A stretch of 64,000 nt of DNA. Origin: an uncultured Candidatus Saccharibacteria bacterium. Lineage in GTDB: Bacteria > Patescibacteriota > Minisyncoccia > Phycocordibacterales > CSBR16-119. The stretch covers positions 6,411 to 70,410 of the forward strand of contig CAZBAG010000002.1 of the NCBI GenBank assembly GCA_964490365.1, in the 5' to 3' direction. Numbering within the stretch: the stretch's first letter is position 1; every line of letters begins with the position of its first letter. The notes under the pieces were generated by a model. That model was not told where the DNA came from. It did no database searches and worked only from the letters and a program-made list of their open reading frames with translations. Both the position numbers and the translations under genes were made by a program. Below, one piece after another: positions 1 to 9,970 of this stretch.

Positions 1-776
1 CTGGCGCTTATCTTACCAATGATTGGTCCGTAGCCATCTGACGTGAAGGTAAAGCAAAACCCTCCTTGAAAAGGAACAGCATCAACGAAAAATTCGTTTT
101 GCCCGTACCCATAGAAGAAGTGGTTCAGAAGAACACCGTCACTCAGTCGGTAAACCGACAGAGAAACATCCCGTCCATTACTTATACCTGTCCCAAACAC
201 GTAGATCGAGTCTCCTTGTATAAAGACTTTCTCTGCATATCTCGAACTGCCAGATCCTTCGAGTTTACTCACCCAGAGCACATTCCCGCTAGAAGAAATC
301 TTCATGGTGAACTCTCTTCGTGTAGTTGCATTCCAGTAATTAATATTGCCGACGGCAACAATGTTACCGAAAGTGTCAATATCAACATCTTGAAACACAA
401 GAATCGAGTCAGTAATCCCAAACGATCGTGTCCACAAAACTGTTCCGAATGGATCAAGTTTTGCGACAAGGGCATTCGTGTTACTCGAGGAGCCAACGGC
501 AACAATTTCACCGCCACCGGTTTTTACAGAAGCATTGAAACGTGACCCTAGGTCAAAGAGTTTTGACCAGAGCGTTGTGCCAACAGGAGTAGTCCTCTCG
601 ATATAGGCTTGCTCTTGAACTCCCCCTTTCCAGCCAACATGTATGAAGTCTCCTCCAACTTCTTCAAGCGATTCGACAATGAGAGACTCAGTCGAAATCG
701 CCGGATCTAAGGTGATCTGCTGACCAAAGGCGTGAAGCGATATAGTCAGAACGACGAAAACGATTAGGTTTCTCAT
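1..776 (-). CDS. Secreted beta-propeller-repeat protein, Bacteroidota-like (partial, runs toward the left edge; absent from the ORF track)
   Basis: Manual translation from ATG 776 down to 421 is open: MRNLIVFVVLTISLHAFGQQ (signal peptide), then GTTLWSKLFDLG and NALVAKLDPFGTVLWTRSF repeats. Promoter TTGACT(876-871)-17-TATAAA. Confidence 0.75.
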   Translation of the reverse strand, partial: MRNLIVFVVLTISLHAFGQQITLDPAISTESLIVESLEEVGGDFIHVGWKGGVQEQAYIERTTPVGTTLWSKLFDLGSRFNASVKTGGGEIVAVGSSSNTNALVAKLDPFGTVLWTRSFGITDSILVFQDVDIDTFGNIVAVGNINYWNATTRREFTMKISSSGNVLWVSKLEGSGSSRYAEKVFIQGDSIYVFGTGISNGRDVSLSVYRLSDGVLLNHFFYGYGQNEFFVDAVPFQGGFCFTFTSDGYGPIIGKISA

Positions 777-966
777 GGGTTTGTTGGTTTTATGTGTGTA
801 CCCGCATACGCGGGTGGTTGTAAATGACAATGTACGGTCTTCTAATATTTATACCATTTTTAGACTAAAAAGTCAAGCATTTCCACATATTCTTTCAAAT
901 AGCCATATTCCCTTGCTTTCTTCTTATTTATATGGTATTATGTAATTAAATAAACACCATCAAACG

Positions 967-2145
967 ATGAAAAAGCTCATGCTTCTCTTTGCTTTGATGG
1001 TCGCCACAGGCACCTTCAAAGCTTATGCTCAGATAGTTGAATACCGCTTTGATGCCACCTGCAATTACACAGCGTGCACAACAGATAACTGTCATGGAAG
1101 GGGTACAGCATTACCCTTTTCATTTAACTCTGGTGTTCTTGCCTCTGCTAGCGCCTTTAATCTTGGACCAGGACTTACTTCTAGCAGTACAACATGTGGG
1201 GGATCACCTATGAATGGATATGCCGCTGGTGACACTGGTCCTCCTGCTCCTATTGTTGGTAGTGGCAGAAGAGCGAGATGGGCAAACAATTGGCTAGTAG
1301 CGCCTCTTGCTGTAAACCCTAGCTCAGATTACTTTACTTTTACACTCACCACACTTCCGTTTCTGAATGTTCAGATAACAGAAATTAGATGGAGAGAACG
1401 AAAAAGTTCACAAGGACCAACGCTGCGCCAACTCAGAACCAGCACAGATGGTTTTGTAACTTCAACAATCTTTGCTGTTGCAAGTAATACAGACACCACA
1501 ACCTGGGTTACGAGAAATGTAACAACTGGATTACCCGTCTTTACGTCTTCAATTGAAATACGTATTTATGGATATTCAGCGACCAGCACAAATGGAACGT
1601 TACGAATAGACAATGTAGTTGTCTTCGCAACACCACTCAACCTCCCTATCGAACTTCTCTCTTTCAACGGAGAAAAAGTTGGCGAGGATGTGAACCTTCA
1701 CTGGTCAACAGCAACTGAGCAAAACAACGAACGCTTTACACTCTATCGATCGCCCGACGCGATGTCGTGGCAAGAGATCGGAAGGGTTCCTGGAGCGGGC
1801 ACCAGTCAAATTCGGATCGACTATCAGTTTGTAGATGGGTCACCACATGTTGGGACAAACTACTACTGTCTTCGTCAGACCGATTTTGACGGAACCTTTG
1901 TTGATTCAGAGGTCATCGCTGTTGATGTGGATGTTGGTAACTCATTTGTTGCCTTCCCTAACCCCATCCAACGCGGTGAACCAGTACAAACCTCCAAGAA
2001 AATCGACTTCATATTCGACGGACTTGGAAAACTGGTACCCTTTGATCCAACGAGCATCGTCATCGAAATCCCCGGAGTCTACACTCTAGTGCATCTCGAT
2101 GAAAACGGTTTCTCGGCTACTAGCCGACTTATCGTCAACCCCTAG
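967..2145 (+). CDS. Secreted protein with Bacteroidota-type LPIEL Ig-like module and degenerate T9SS type A C-terminal sorting domain
   Basis: Signal peptide MKKLMLLFALMVA..AYA; LPIELLSFNG..LHWSTATEQNN..YYCLRQTDFDG module; FPNP...PGVYTL..RLIVN at the C-terminus. Confidence 0.85.
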   Translation: MKKLMLLFALMVATGTFKAYAQIVEYRFDATCNYTACTTDNCHGRGTALPFSFNSGVLASASAFNLGPGLTSSSTTCGGSPMNGYAAGDTGPPAPIVGSGRRARWANNWLVAPLAVNPSSDYFTFTLTTLPFLNVQITEIRWRERKSSQGPTLRQLRTSTDGFVTSTIFAVASNTDTTTWVTRNVTTGLPVFTSSIEIRIYGYSATSTNGTLRIDNVVVFATPLNLPIELLSFNGEKVGEDVNLHWSTATEQNNERFTLYRSPDAMSWQEIGRVPGAGTSQIRIDYQFVDGSPHVGTNYYCLRQTDFDGTFVDSEVIAVDVDVGNSFVAFPNPIQRGEPVQTSKKIDFIFDGLGKLVPFDPTSIVIEIPGVYTLVHLDENGFSATSRLIVNP

Positions 2146-2160
2146 CCTCTAAAGACTAGA

Positions 2161-2194
2161 AGACCTTCGCCCTTGGGCGAAGGTCTTTCTTTTT
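2161..2194 (+). terminator. Intrinsic terminator
   Basis: AGACCTTCGCCC-TT-GGGCGAAGGTCT followed by a T tract. Confidence 0.85.
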
Positions 2195-2214
2195 ATATGT
2201 TGTCAAGAGAATAG

Positions 2215-2242
2215 TTGACAAATATTATTTTTGTGATATTAT
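2215..2242 (+). promoter_or_regulatory. sigma70-type promoter
   Basis: TTGACA-16-TATTAT with an upstream TG. Confidence 0.7.
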
Positions 2243-2280
2243 TCGCGTAAATAAACCCTGCCCTTTCCAAACCAAAAACC

Positions 2281-3975
2281 ATGAAAAAAGTACTGACGTT
2301 CATCTTCTTGATGATGACTTGCCTTGTGCATGCACAAGACCAGATCAACTGGGTTCCTTTCGAGTGTAACGACGGAAGTTCAACGAGATATGTCTCGCTT
2401 GATAATCGCAAGACGCTGTTCAAAGTGCATGCATCGTGGCCCGAAAATGAAACACGGCCAGTGGTGAAATGGATCAATAACAGCTACCCTGTTTCGATGG
2501 GAGATATGGCTGGTGGAGAATACTTCATCACACTAGAACATCCTGACGAGTGGATGAATCCCATCATTGGATATCAAAGCATCTACATCGTGAGTTTAGA
2601 AGTTCAAACAGGCATCTATCTTCGTTCCGAGGATTGTGATGTTCGCACTGAGCCAACACCTGTTGTTCAGACAACGATGAGTACCACTTCTTCTGAAGAT
2701 GGATCGTTACTCACGATAACTGGCATCTCACATACATCAGATATGACAGCGAGTGATGAAGATGGTTGGGGTGGACTCGGTATTCCGTGTGCATTCCATG
2801 AGATCTCTATCATCACTGATGTAGTCTCGGGAAACACGCTCGTATTCTCTGACACCACCATCTGCGTACCAGGTGTACCAACGGAGTTCTCTACTGAGTT
2901 TCTCTATGAGGGTCCGTTCGCAGAATTGTGCGCACGAAGCCGAATGGAAAAACGGAGCTTGAGTAATCCGCCCACGTTCCCGACACAAGTAATAGCCTCT
3001 GGTAATGAAGTGTGTCAGTTTGCGGGACAGATTGTGCCAAGTGTTCAGTTACTTTTTGACTGTGAAGACGACTTTGTCGGTCGTCCACCAACCACAGGAG
3101 GAAGAGAATTCTTGGTTCGATTCAACATCAACTGGCCAGGAGATGAGGAAGAAAAACTCATCTACTACAACGTACCTAATCATCAAACAGGCTGGGCGGA
3201 TCGCATCAGTAGTGGACAATTTGTTCACCGTGGTGAAAACTACATTGTGATACAGCACGATGATATACAGCCTGTGGTCGGAAGTACGTATTGGCAAGAA
3301 TGGCACAGTCGGTTGTCGTTCTACCATGATGGAGGCTTTATCGAAAGCCAACTGTTCATACCACAAACTGAACCAGCTCCTGTTGTTTATGGGGAATGGC
3401 TTCCAGCACATGGAGACTCTGTCTTATTCTCATACGGAGAACACTCTCAATTGATGGAAACGCTCGGATGGGGATCAATACCTGATATTTGCCCCGAGTA
3501 CGAGCTCATCCTCGTAAAGAGTGTGACGAACGTTGATGGCGAACACATTTTCACAGACACAGTCTTTGTTGCTCCAGGACTACCCATGAGCGAAGAAGAT
3601 GGATTTTCGTATACGGGCGAACTAACGGAACTCTGCCTGGAGGTGAACATGCAACGTGTCCACCTCTCTAGCTCACCTCACTTTGAGCCACAGACAGTGG
3701 TGGTCGTGGATGGTGGATGTATTTCCGTAGGAAGTCCGACGACAATTACCGAAACATCCATCGACAACCAAGTTCGAGTCTTTCCCAACCCAACAACAGG
3801 TCAGGAAGTTCGAATACTTGGTACAACATCAACGTCGAAGTGGTCTGTGTTCACCACGTCAGGGAAGCTCGTCTTCTCTGGTAACGGTGAACTAATCAAT
3901 ACTTCCCCGCTTTCTTCTGGTGTTTACATTGTGAACATCGAAAGTGTTGGAGTTGTCAGACTTATTCGACAATAA
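2281..3975 (+). CDS. Secreted protein with an internal duplication and a T9SS type A sorting domain
   Basis: Signal peptide; two related halves (EPTPVV..FSDT..VPG..ELC and EPAPVV..FTDT..APG..ELC); C-terminal VRVFPNPTTG..SGVYIVNI..VRLIRQ. Confidence 0.85.
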   Translation: MKKVLTFIFLMMTCLVHAQDQINWVPFECNDGSSTRYVSLDNRKTLFKVHASWPENETRPVVKWINNSYPVSMGDMAGGEYFITLEHPDEWMNPIIGYQSIYIVSLEVQTGIYLRSEDCDVRTEPTPVVQTTMSTTSSEDGSLLTITGISHTSDMTASDEDGWGGLGIPCAFHEISIITDVVSGNTLVFSDTTICVPGVPTEFSTEFLYEGPFAELCARSRMEKRSLSNPPTFPTQVIASGNEVCQFAGQIVPSVQLLFDCEDDFVGRPPTTGGREFLVRFNINWPGDEEEKLIYYNVPNHQTGWADRISSGQFVHRGENYIVIQHDDIQPVVGSTYWQEWHSRLSFYHDGGFIESQLFIPQTEPAPVVYGEWLPAHGDSVLFSYGEHSQLMETLGWGSIPDICPEYELILVKSVTNVDGEHIFTDTVFVAPGLPMSEEDGFSYTGELTELCLEVNMQRVHLSSSPHFEPQTVVVVDGGCISVGSPTTITETSIDNQVRVFPNPTTGQEVRILGTTSTSKWSVFTTSGKLVFSGNGELINTSPLSSGVYIVNIESVGVVRLIRQ

Positions 3976-3983
3976 CAAACGAG

Positions 3984-4017
3984 AGAGCCCGGCCAAACAG
4001 CCGGGCTCTTTATTTTT
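3984..4017 (+). terminator. Intrinsic terminator
   Basis: AGAGCCCGGC-loop-GCCGGGCTCT followed by a T-rich tract. Confidence 0.8.
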
Positions 4018-4020
4018 GTC

Positions 4021-4839
4021 TTAGTTAGTTTTTGTTTTTACCTCTACTTTTGTTTCTGTTGGTTTAGTTGTCGGCTTCATTATCAGTCCATCTGATCCTA
4101 CAACTGGGTGCGGTACAACATTTACCAGATCATGGGCGTGTAATTTTTTTTCACTTGCTGAAAAGCGGTGTTTCCTTACTTCACTTTCTGTAATATTTCC
4201 ATCATCCACGTCACTGCTTCTTACATAATCTATATGACTAAGAACCATTCGTAGATTTTGTAACTCTGTAAATTGAGAAGATGTAAAATTTGCTACGAAC
4301 GAAAAGTCTCTTGTCTGACCAGCTGGAATTAAGTAGGTGCCAGTATTAAACGGTTCAGCAAAATAATTATAGATAACACTGTTTACACAATCGATACAAT
4401 TAACATTTTCAGAAGAAACCGCACCGCCAAAAATAGTGGTATCATCTGGTCGTGTTACAAATTCACCTAGACTATTTCTATACTCTGCATTAAACAAATC
4501 AAACCCTCCGAAATTAGTAAATTCCTTATACAGCTTTAAAATTCTCACATCATAGGTACATCTATTTCGTACAGAGAAATAAGAAATGAAATTAGAAAAA
4601 CGATTTATTTCACTATTTTCATTCGTGAAATAATCGATCGAATCTTCATTATATTTGTGAGACACAGTTAAACAAGTTCGACTTATGGGATTAAGGACTT
4701 GAGCATTTTGGTTGTCGCTTACCTTACCCTGAATATTTAAAATTGCACTTGTTTGAACAGCTGACCCTATAAACAAAAGAGAGAGAAGCCCCATCAGGAC
4801 TTTATTGTTTTTAATATCGAGACGTTGTAATAATTTCAT
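4021..4839 (-). CDS. Hypothetical exported or membrane-anchored protein
   Basis: Long ORF with an N-terminal hydrophobic segment; likely start MKLLQ at 4839. Confidence 0.6.
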   Translation of the reverse strand: MKLLQRLDIKNNKVLMGLLSLLFIGSAVQTSAILNIQGKVSDNQNAQVLNPISRTCLTVSHKYNEDSIDYFTNENSEINRFSNFISYFSVRNRCTYDVRILKLYKEFTNFGGFDLFNAEYRNSLGEFVTRPDDTTIFGGAVSSENVNCIDCVNSVIYNYFAEPFNTGTYLIPAGQTRDFSFVANFTSSQFTELQNLRMVLSHIDYVRSSDVDDGNITESEVRKHRFSASEKKLHAHDLVNVVPHPVVGSDGLIMKPTTKPTETKVEVKTKTN

Positions 4840-4928
4840 ATTTCCTAAACTACTAATAATATACGTATATAAGTATAGCAACCTTCTTTATGAAGATATA
4901 CAATAAAAAGAAAGGGTTGTGGAAAACA

Positions 4929-6044
4929 CTATTGATTGAGAGCTTCAATACCAGCCAAGGTGCCAGAAGAAAGGAATTCAAGCATTGCCCCACCGCCCGT
5001 AGAGATAAATGAGATACTGTTTTCTAAATTCATTTCTTTAATCAACTTCACCGTATCTCCCCCACCAACAACAGAAAAAACTTTTGACTCTGCAATGGTT
5101 TTTAATATTTCCTTTGAAGACGTATCAAAACCTTCTTCATAAAGACCAAGTGGCCCATTCCAGAGAACTGTTTTTGAAGACCGAATCGTGTTTTTCAGGT
5201 CTTCCAAAGTTTCTGTACCCATGTCAGTAATCATGTCTGTTGGAAGTAAACTATTAGGAGCTTTTGTCGCACCAGTTTTCACTACAATATCAAACGGAAT
5301 TTTAATATTTGGTTTATCGAAAAACTTCGCCACGTTCACTGATTCATCTAACAGAGAAACACCTGTTTCAAATCCGATTTTCTTTATAAAATTGTTTGCT
5401 AACGCCCCGCCAATAAAGATATGGTCAGCAATTTTAGAAAACTTTTCGATCAAAGGAACTTTTGTTTCAAACTTTGCTCCACCAAGAATAAAAAGGAATG
5501 GTTTGTCTGGCGCATCTAGTTTTTTTAGGTTTTCTACTTCTTTTAAAAACCAAATACCCACATATGAAGGTAAGAATTTTGTTACTCCTGTAATCGATGC
5601 ATGTGATCTATGCGACACAGAAAATGCTTCATTCACATAGAGATCTGCTAAACTTGCTAAGTAGGCTGCAAATTCTTCAGTATTTTTTTCTTCACCTTCA
5701 TTACTTCTTAGGTTTTCAAGGAGAAGAATTTGTCCTTCACTCATATTTTCAGCTATTCCTAATACTTCTTCCCCGTAAAGCATTGGCACAAACGTAACTG
5801 GGATAAGTGTATTTAAATAGTCAGCCACAGGCTTTAATGATTCTTTCGGGTCGCGGCCAATATGACTAATGAGTACAATTTTTGCCCCCATTGTAGAGAG
5901 ATGCTTAATCGTATCAAGCGCTTTTTCTATTCGTGAACCTTCCGTAGGCCCAACAACACCGTCTTTACCGATAGGTACATTGAAATCAACTCGCACCAAA
6001 GCCGTTCTTCCTCGTAAGTTATTAATTTCAAGAATTGATTTCAT
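4929..6044 (-). CDS. pgk: Phosphoglycerate kinase
   Basis: Motifs RVDFNVP, LLENLR, LGGAK, GGGDT and ISTGGGA. Confidence 0.97.
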   Translation of the reverse strand: MKSILEINNLRGRTALVRVDFNVPIGKDGVVGPTEGSRIEKALDTIKHLSTMGAKIVLISHIGRDPKESLKPVADYLNTLIPVTFVPMLYGEEVLGIAENMSEGQILLLENLRSNEGEEKNTEEFAAYLASLADLYVNEAFSVSHRSHASITGVTKFLPSYVGIWFLKEVENLKKLDAPDKPFLFILGGAKFETKVPLIEKFSKIADHIFIGGALANNFIKKIGFETGVSLLDESVNVAKFFDKPNIKIPFDIVVKTGATKAPNSLLPTDMITDMGTETLEDLKNTIRSSKTVLWNGPLGLYEEGFDTSSKEILKTIAESKVFSVVGGGDTVKLIKEMNLENSISFISTGGGAMLEFLSSGTLAGIEALNQ

Positions 6045-6820
6045 TATTTTTTTAAGAGATCTACTTTTTTAATAATGTCATTAAATTTTTTAGGATCGAG
6101 ACTCGCACGCCCAACAAGGACACCGTCAATACCTCCGTGTTTTAAAATCATTTCTATATTTTTTTCATCAACAGAGCCACCGTAAAGTATTTTTGTTGGT
6201 GGGACCGACTTTGTGTCATAAATATCACTGAGTACTTTCTTGATAAAAATACTTACTTCAAAAATTTCTTTTGCAAGAGGTTCTCGAGTTGCCCCCGTAC
6301 CAATAGCCCAGACTGGCTCATAGGCAATAACAATATCTTTGATTGATGATTTTGAAAGACCGGAGAGTGCAGCGAGAAGTTGGTCTTTTAAATTTTTTAA
6401 AAAGCCACCTGATTCATCACGCTCTTTCTCTCCAATGCAAATAATAGGGGTTATCGTGCCACGTAAACTCGCTTTTACTTTTTTATTCACCATTTCATCT
6501 GATTCACCTTGTACTCTTCGTTCTGAGTGCCCAACTATCGCGTATTTACTACCAAGATTTTTAAGTTGCAAGTAAGAAATATTTCCGGTGAAAGATCCTT
6601 CAGCCTCTTGAAATATATCTTGTGAACCCAATACGCATCGATGTCCCGATGTTTTTAGACTTTCCATATAGATATATGGCGGACAAATAACCGTGTCAGT
6701 GTTACGTGTCTTGTTTGCAACTTTTTTAATAGAAGAAAAGATTTGTTTCGCAAGCTTTCCCGAGACCGGATTCATTTTCCAGTTTCCAACAATAAGCCAT
6801 TTTTGTTTATCTTGTGCCAT
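6044..6820 (-). CDS. tpiA: Triosephosphate isomerase
   Basis: Motifs GNWKMN, GHSERR, AYEPVWAIGTG and LYGGSV. Confidence 0.98.
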   Translation of the reverse strand: MAQDKQKWLIVGNWKMNPVSGKLAKQIFSSIKKVANKTRNTDTVICPPYIYMESLKTSGHRCVLGSQDIFQEAEGSFTGNISYLQLKNLGSKYAIVGHSERRVQGESDEMVNKKVKASLRGTITPIICIGEKERDESGGFLKNLKDQLLAALSGLSKSSIKDIVIAYEPVWAIGTGATREPLAKEIFEVSIFIKKVLSDIYDTKSVPPTKILYGGSVDEKNIEMILKHGGIDGVLVGRASLDPKKFNDIIKKVDLLKK

Positions 6821-6907
6821 GTCCCTAATTATATCAGATCTTGATTAGTCAGAAACAATGGAAAACAAAAAACACTCTTTCGAGTGTTTTTTGTAGTAGT
6901 CATTTCA

Positions 6908-9817
6908 TTACCATGAGATTCGTACTCGTCCATCTTGTGCAGAACCTTGGTACACGTTAAGTGTAGGATCAATACATTTTCTTGGTTCACCCTTACCGAA
7001 TCCAAGAGTTATTGGCACGTTCTCACCAGCAAGATTACATGGCGACCCTCCATTATCTGGCGGCAATCCTTCTTGACCCCTGTTATAGTCAGGTCCCGCA
7101 ACGTGTCCAGTATAACCATTGGTTGGCGAACCTGGGTTACTTACCCAACCACCACCTTTTCCTGCTGCATCTGGTGCACTACTGCTTAGACCCCATCCCC
7201 CTTGAGCAAGCTGATACTGAGATCCGTAGCCACTTACCTGTGTTGTTCCACCTCTAGATCCATTGACACCCTTTGCACCAACTGTGAAAGTCCTGTTAAG
7301 GAGTATAGTTCTAGGTAGTGTCATTCTTATATATTCACCCGAACCACCGCCTTGTGTTCTAACAACTGAAGACGCTGTTGCCGGAACTGGACCAGCACCT
7401 CCTCCCGCCCCCCAAAGTTCAACAGTAAAGTTTTGTACGTCGGAAGGAATCATGTTATTGATCTGGAACTGAGTAAGTGAGTGATTTCCTGGTGTATCAA
7501 ATACTATTTCGCTTACTTGACCTCCTCCTGGTAGACCAGAAATGAGTACATAGCCGGAACCACCACAACCCCCTGTTCCACCTCTGAATTTAAACCCACC
7601 ATCAAAACTATTTGCTCTATAGTATCCACCGAACCCTCCACCTCCACCTCCACCTCCATGACCTGGTGCACCACAATATCCAGCTCTTCCAAATCGATCA
7701 GCATACGAATCTGTTCCACCAGGTGTTCCTCCTCCTCCTCGTGCACTTGTTTGATTACTCGTCAAGTTTGTTCTTAGAGTTCCATCTGAATCATATGCTT
7801 CACCCCAACCTCCGACACCTCCACAAGATTCACATGGCGCAGTGTTTATTGTTGCTCCTGCACCACCGTTAAATCCCCATGCATATGAGCCAGTTGCTAA
7901 AGCCAGGTTTCCGTGTAAACCAATAAGAGGTAGTCCACCCTGAAGCCCTTCTCGGACTGAACCACCCTTACCTCCCCCAAAACCACCCAGAACTGTTTGA
8001 CCAACCTGAGCATCAGGGTCAGCACCTGCTGGATCAAACGAAATAGATGTTGTTCCTCCTGTTTGACCTGAATAGGCGTTGTTGTTTTCTGGACTACCAT
8101 TAGTGACCACTGTCCAAGCTGCACCATATCCTCCATTTCCTCCTTGTCCGATATTCCATCCAAGAGAACTTCCTGGCTCTACGTTAACCGATTCTGTAAG
8201 ACACTTTCCTGCCTCTCCACCTCCTCCTCCACTACCGCCTGTTCCCCAGCTATCCATACCAGGGTTTTGTCCTGGTGCACCAATTCCTCCGCCACCTCCT
8301 CCTCCTCCGCCACCACAATACTTTACAGTAACTGTTCCTGTAAAATTAAATTGATGTCGCAAGTCGTTATCTTCAACAGTATACATCACGGTTCCATTTC
8401 CTGGACCACGTGGAGGTTGGTTTTCTGGATATTCACCATCATAGCTTGTTGCTGTAGGACACTTTACAACCTTCTTATCTGTTTCTATATAGCAAAGGTG
8501 TTTTACAAGCCCATCTGATACCAAGTTTATGTTTGCACCTTCTAACCCTTCAAGATATAGATGACCATTGTCACTAATTATTGTATCGTTTCCAAGCCAC
8601 GAGACACCTGCGTTAGCGAAGATTGCAAGTGAGTTTTCTGGATTTGCAAGAGTAAGTTGTCCAACATTTAGACCAGGAATCAAGTCAAATTGATTGTAGG
8701 TTAGATTTTTATTCCATTTAAATGTTCCGTCTGCGTCCACAGACATTGGAATTCTACCAACACCAGCATCTAGATACTCTGGATGTTGGGGTGGTCCTTT
8801 GAATTTAACTGAAGAAGAATTGAAAGTTACAGATTGAGGAACATAGTCATCCCCCGCAATACCGAAATCGACTGTATCTGATTGGATGTCGAGATCTTGA
8901 TCTTCTGTTGGCGAAAAGGGATTAAAAACAACATTTTGTGATCTTAAGTGTGTTTTAGTAGAAGGTGTATTTACCCCATTCATCACACCACCTGAACCTA
9001 ATGTAATCGTATTAAACCCTCGTACATTGAATGATCTACTATTTACTACAGTTTCATTTGTCCCCGTTGATAGTGGTAATTTACCAATAGCTACAATTGG
9101 AGAATTCAACATGGTCACGTTAGTATTTGTTCTTATGGTATCCATGTTTGCACCAGTATGTTCAATTTTGTTTGTAGCCTGCCATGAGTTTGTTGTGTTA
9201 TCAAACCATAGTGTTTGACCCGCAGTACCCGGAGGCAGGGCTGCCCCAGTTACAGTTGTTGGTCCAGTAGTCCAGCAGTTACAAGTTTCATCCCAGATAA
9301 GTGTGTCTCCATCATTACCGCCATTTGGCATACCTGGCCCCCACACAAGACTTCCTTGTGCATCTGCTGACTTCAAAACATATCCAGCCATAGGTTGCGC
9401 ACCTTGAACATCAGAGCCATTTGGATTTGTTGGTTTATATTTTAGTCGTCCAAAAATATTAAAATCAACACCAGCATTTTGCTGACCAACATCTACACGG
9501 TTAAGAAAAGTAGCTGGAATAAAGGATGCCATGAAGTCATTTCCTTGTCCGGCTGTATCAAAGAAGGTAAACCCTTTAAGGTTTGAACCATATTCAACAC
9601 TAAGATCAGAGCCAGCTGTAAGAGTACCTTGCACTCGAAGTGGACCTGCTTTTGTTTGTTGGTTTGGACCAATATTTACAGGAGCTGGAGTGTTAGTGCC
9701 TGTCACTGGACCACCCACCGGAGGAGTCCAGTTGTTTTCTTGAGCGAACAGAGATGTTGGTGCTATGAATACTACAACAAAAATTGCTAATAAAACCTTT
9801 GATAAAAATGCACGCAT
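6908..9817 (-). CDS. Large exported glycine-rich, fibre-like surface protein
   Basis: Signal peptide (likely start MRAFLSK); PAPVNIGPNQQTKAGPL N-terminal motif; two Gly-rich domains (YCGGGGGGGG, VELWGAGGG..DGRVRISW) resembling tail-fibre Gly-rich domains. Confidence 0.75.
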   Translation of the reverse strand: MRAFLSKVLLAIFVVVFIAPTSLFAQENNWTPPVGGPVTGTNTPAPVNIGPNQQTKAGPLRVQGTLTAGSDLSVEYGSNLKGFTFFDTAGQGNDFMASFIPATFLNRVDVGQQNAGVDFNIFGRLKYKPTNPNGSDVQGAQPMAGYVLKSADAQGSLVWGPGMPNGGNDGDTLIWDETCNCWTTGPTTVTGAALPPGTAGQTLWFDNTTNSWQATNKIEHTGANMDTIRTNTNVTMLNSPIVAIGKLPLSTGTNETVVNSRSFNVRGFNTITLGSGGVMNGVNTPSTKTHLRSQNVVFNPFSPTEDQDLDIQSDTVDFGIAGDDYVPQSVTFNSSSVKFKGPPQHPEYLDAGVGRIPMSVDADGTFKWNKNLTYNQFDLIPGLNVGQLTLANPENSLAIFANAGVSWLGNDTIISDNGHLYLEGLEGANINLVSDGLVKHLCYIETDKKVVKCPTATSYDGEYPENQPPRGPGNGTVMYTVEDNDLRHQFNFTGTVTVKYCGGGGGGGGGGIGAPGQNPGMDSWGTGGSGGGGGEAGKCLTESVNVEPGSSLGWNIGQGGNGGYGAAWTVVTNGSPENNNAYSGQTGGTTSISFDPAGADPDAQVGQTVLGGFGGGKGGSVREGLQGGLPLIGLHGNLALATGSYAWGFNGGAGATINTAPCESCGGVGGWGEAYDSDGTLRTNLTSNQTSARGGGGTPGGTDSYADRFGRAGYCGAPGHGGGGGGGGFGGYYRANSFDGGFKFRGGTGGCGGSGYVLISGLPGGGQVSEIVFDTPGNHSLTQFQINNMIPSDVQNFTVELWGAGGGAGPVPATASSVVRTQGGGSGEYIRMTLPRTILLNRTFTVGAKGVNGSRGGTTQVSGYGSQYQLAQGGWGLSSSAPDAAGKGGGWVSNPGSPTNGYTGHVAGPDYNRGQEGLPPDNGGSPCNLAGENVPITLGFGKGEPRKCIDPTLNVYQGSAQDGRVRISW

Positions 9818-9970
9818 AATTATTACTAATAAATTTATAAATTGCTTCTTATATAATAACACTTTTGTAGTTGTAAATTGACAGCAAACATTTATAGTGT
9901 GGAAAACTTTCGCGTAACAGACTTAAGAAAAAATAAAAAACATCTCGCAGTGCGAGATGTTTTTTATTTT

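Noticed and set aside
66-545. 159-aa plus-strand ORF
   Set aside because: It is the antisense shadow of the minus-strand ORF starting at 776.
7630-8320. CCT/CCA trinucleotide runs as contingency repeats
   Set aside because: They are mixed-codon poly-Gly tracts of the Gly-rich protein.
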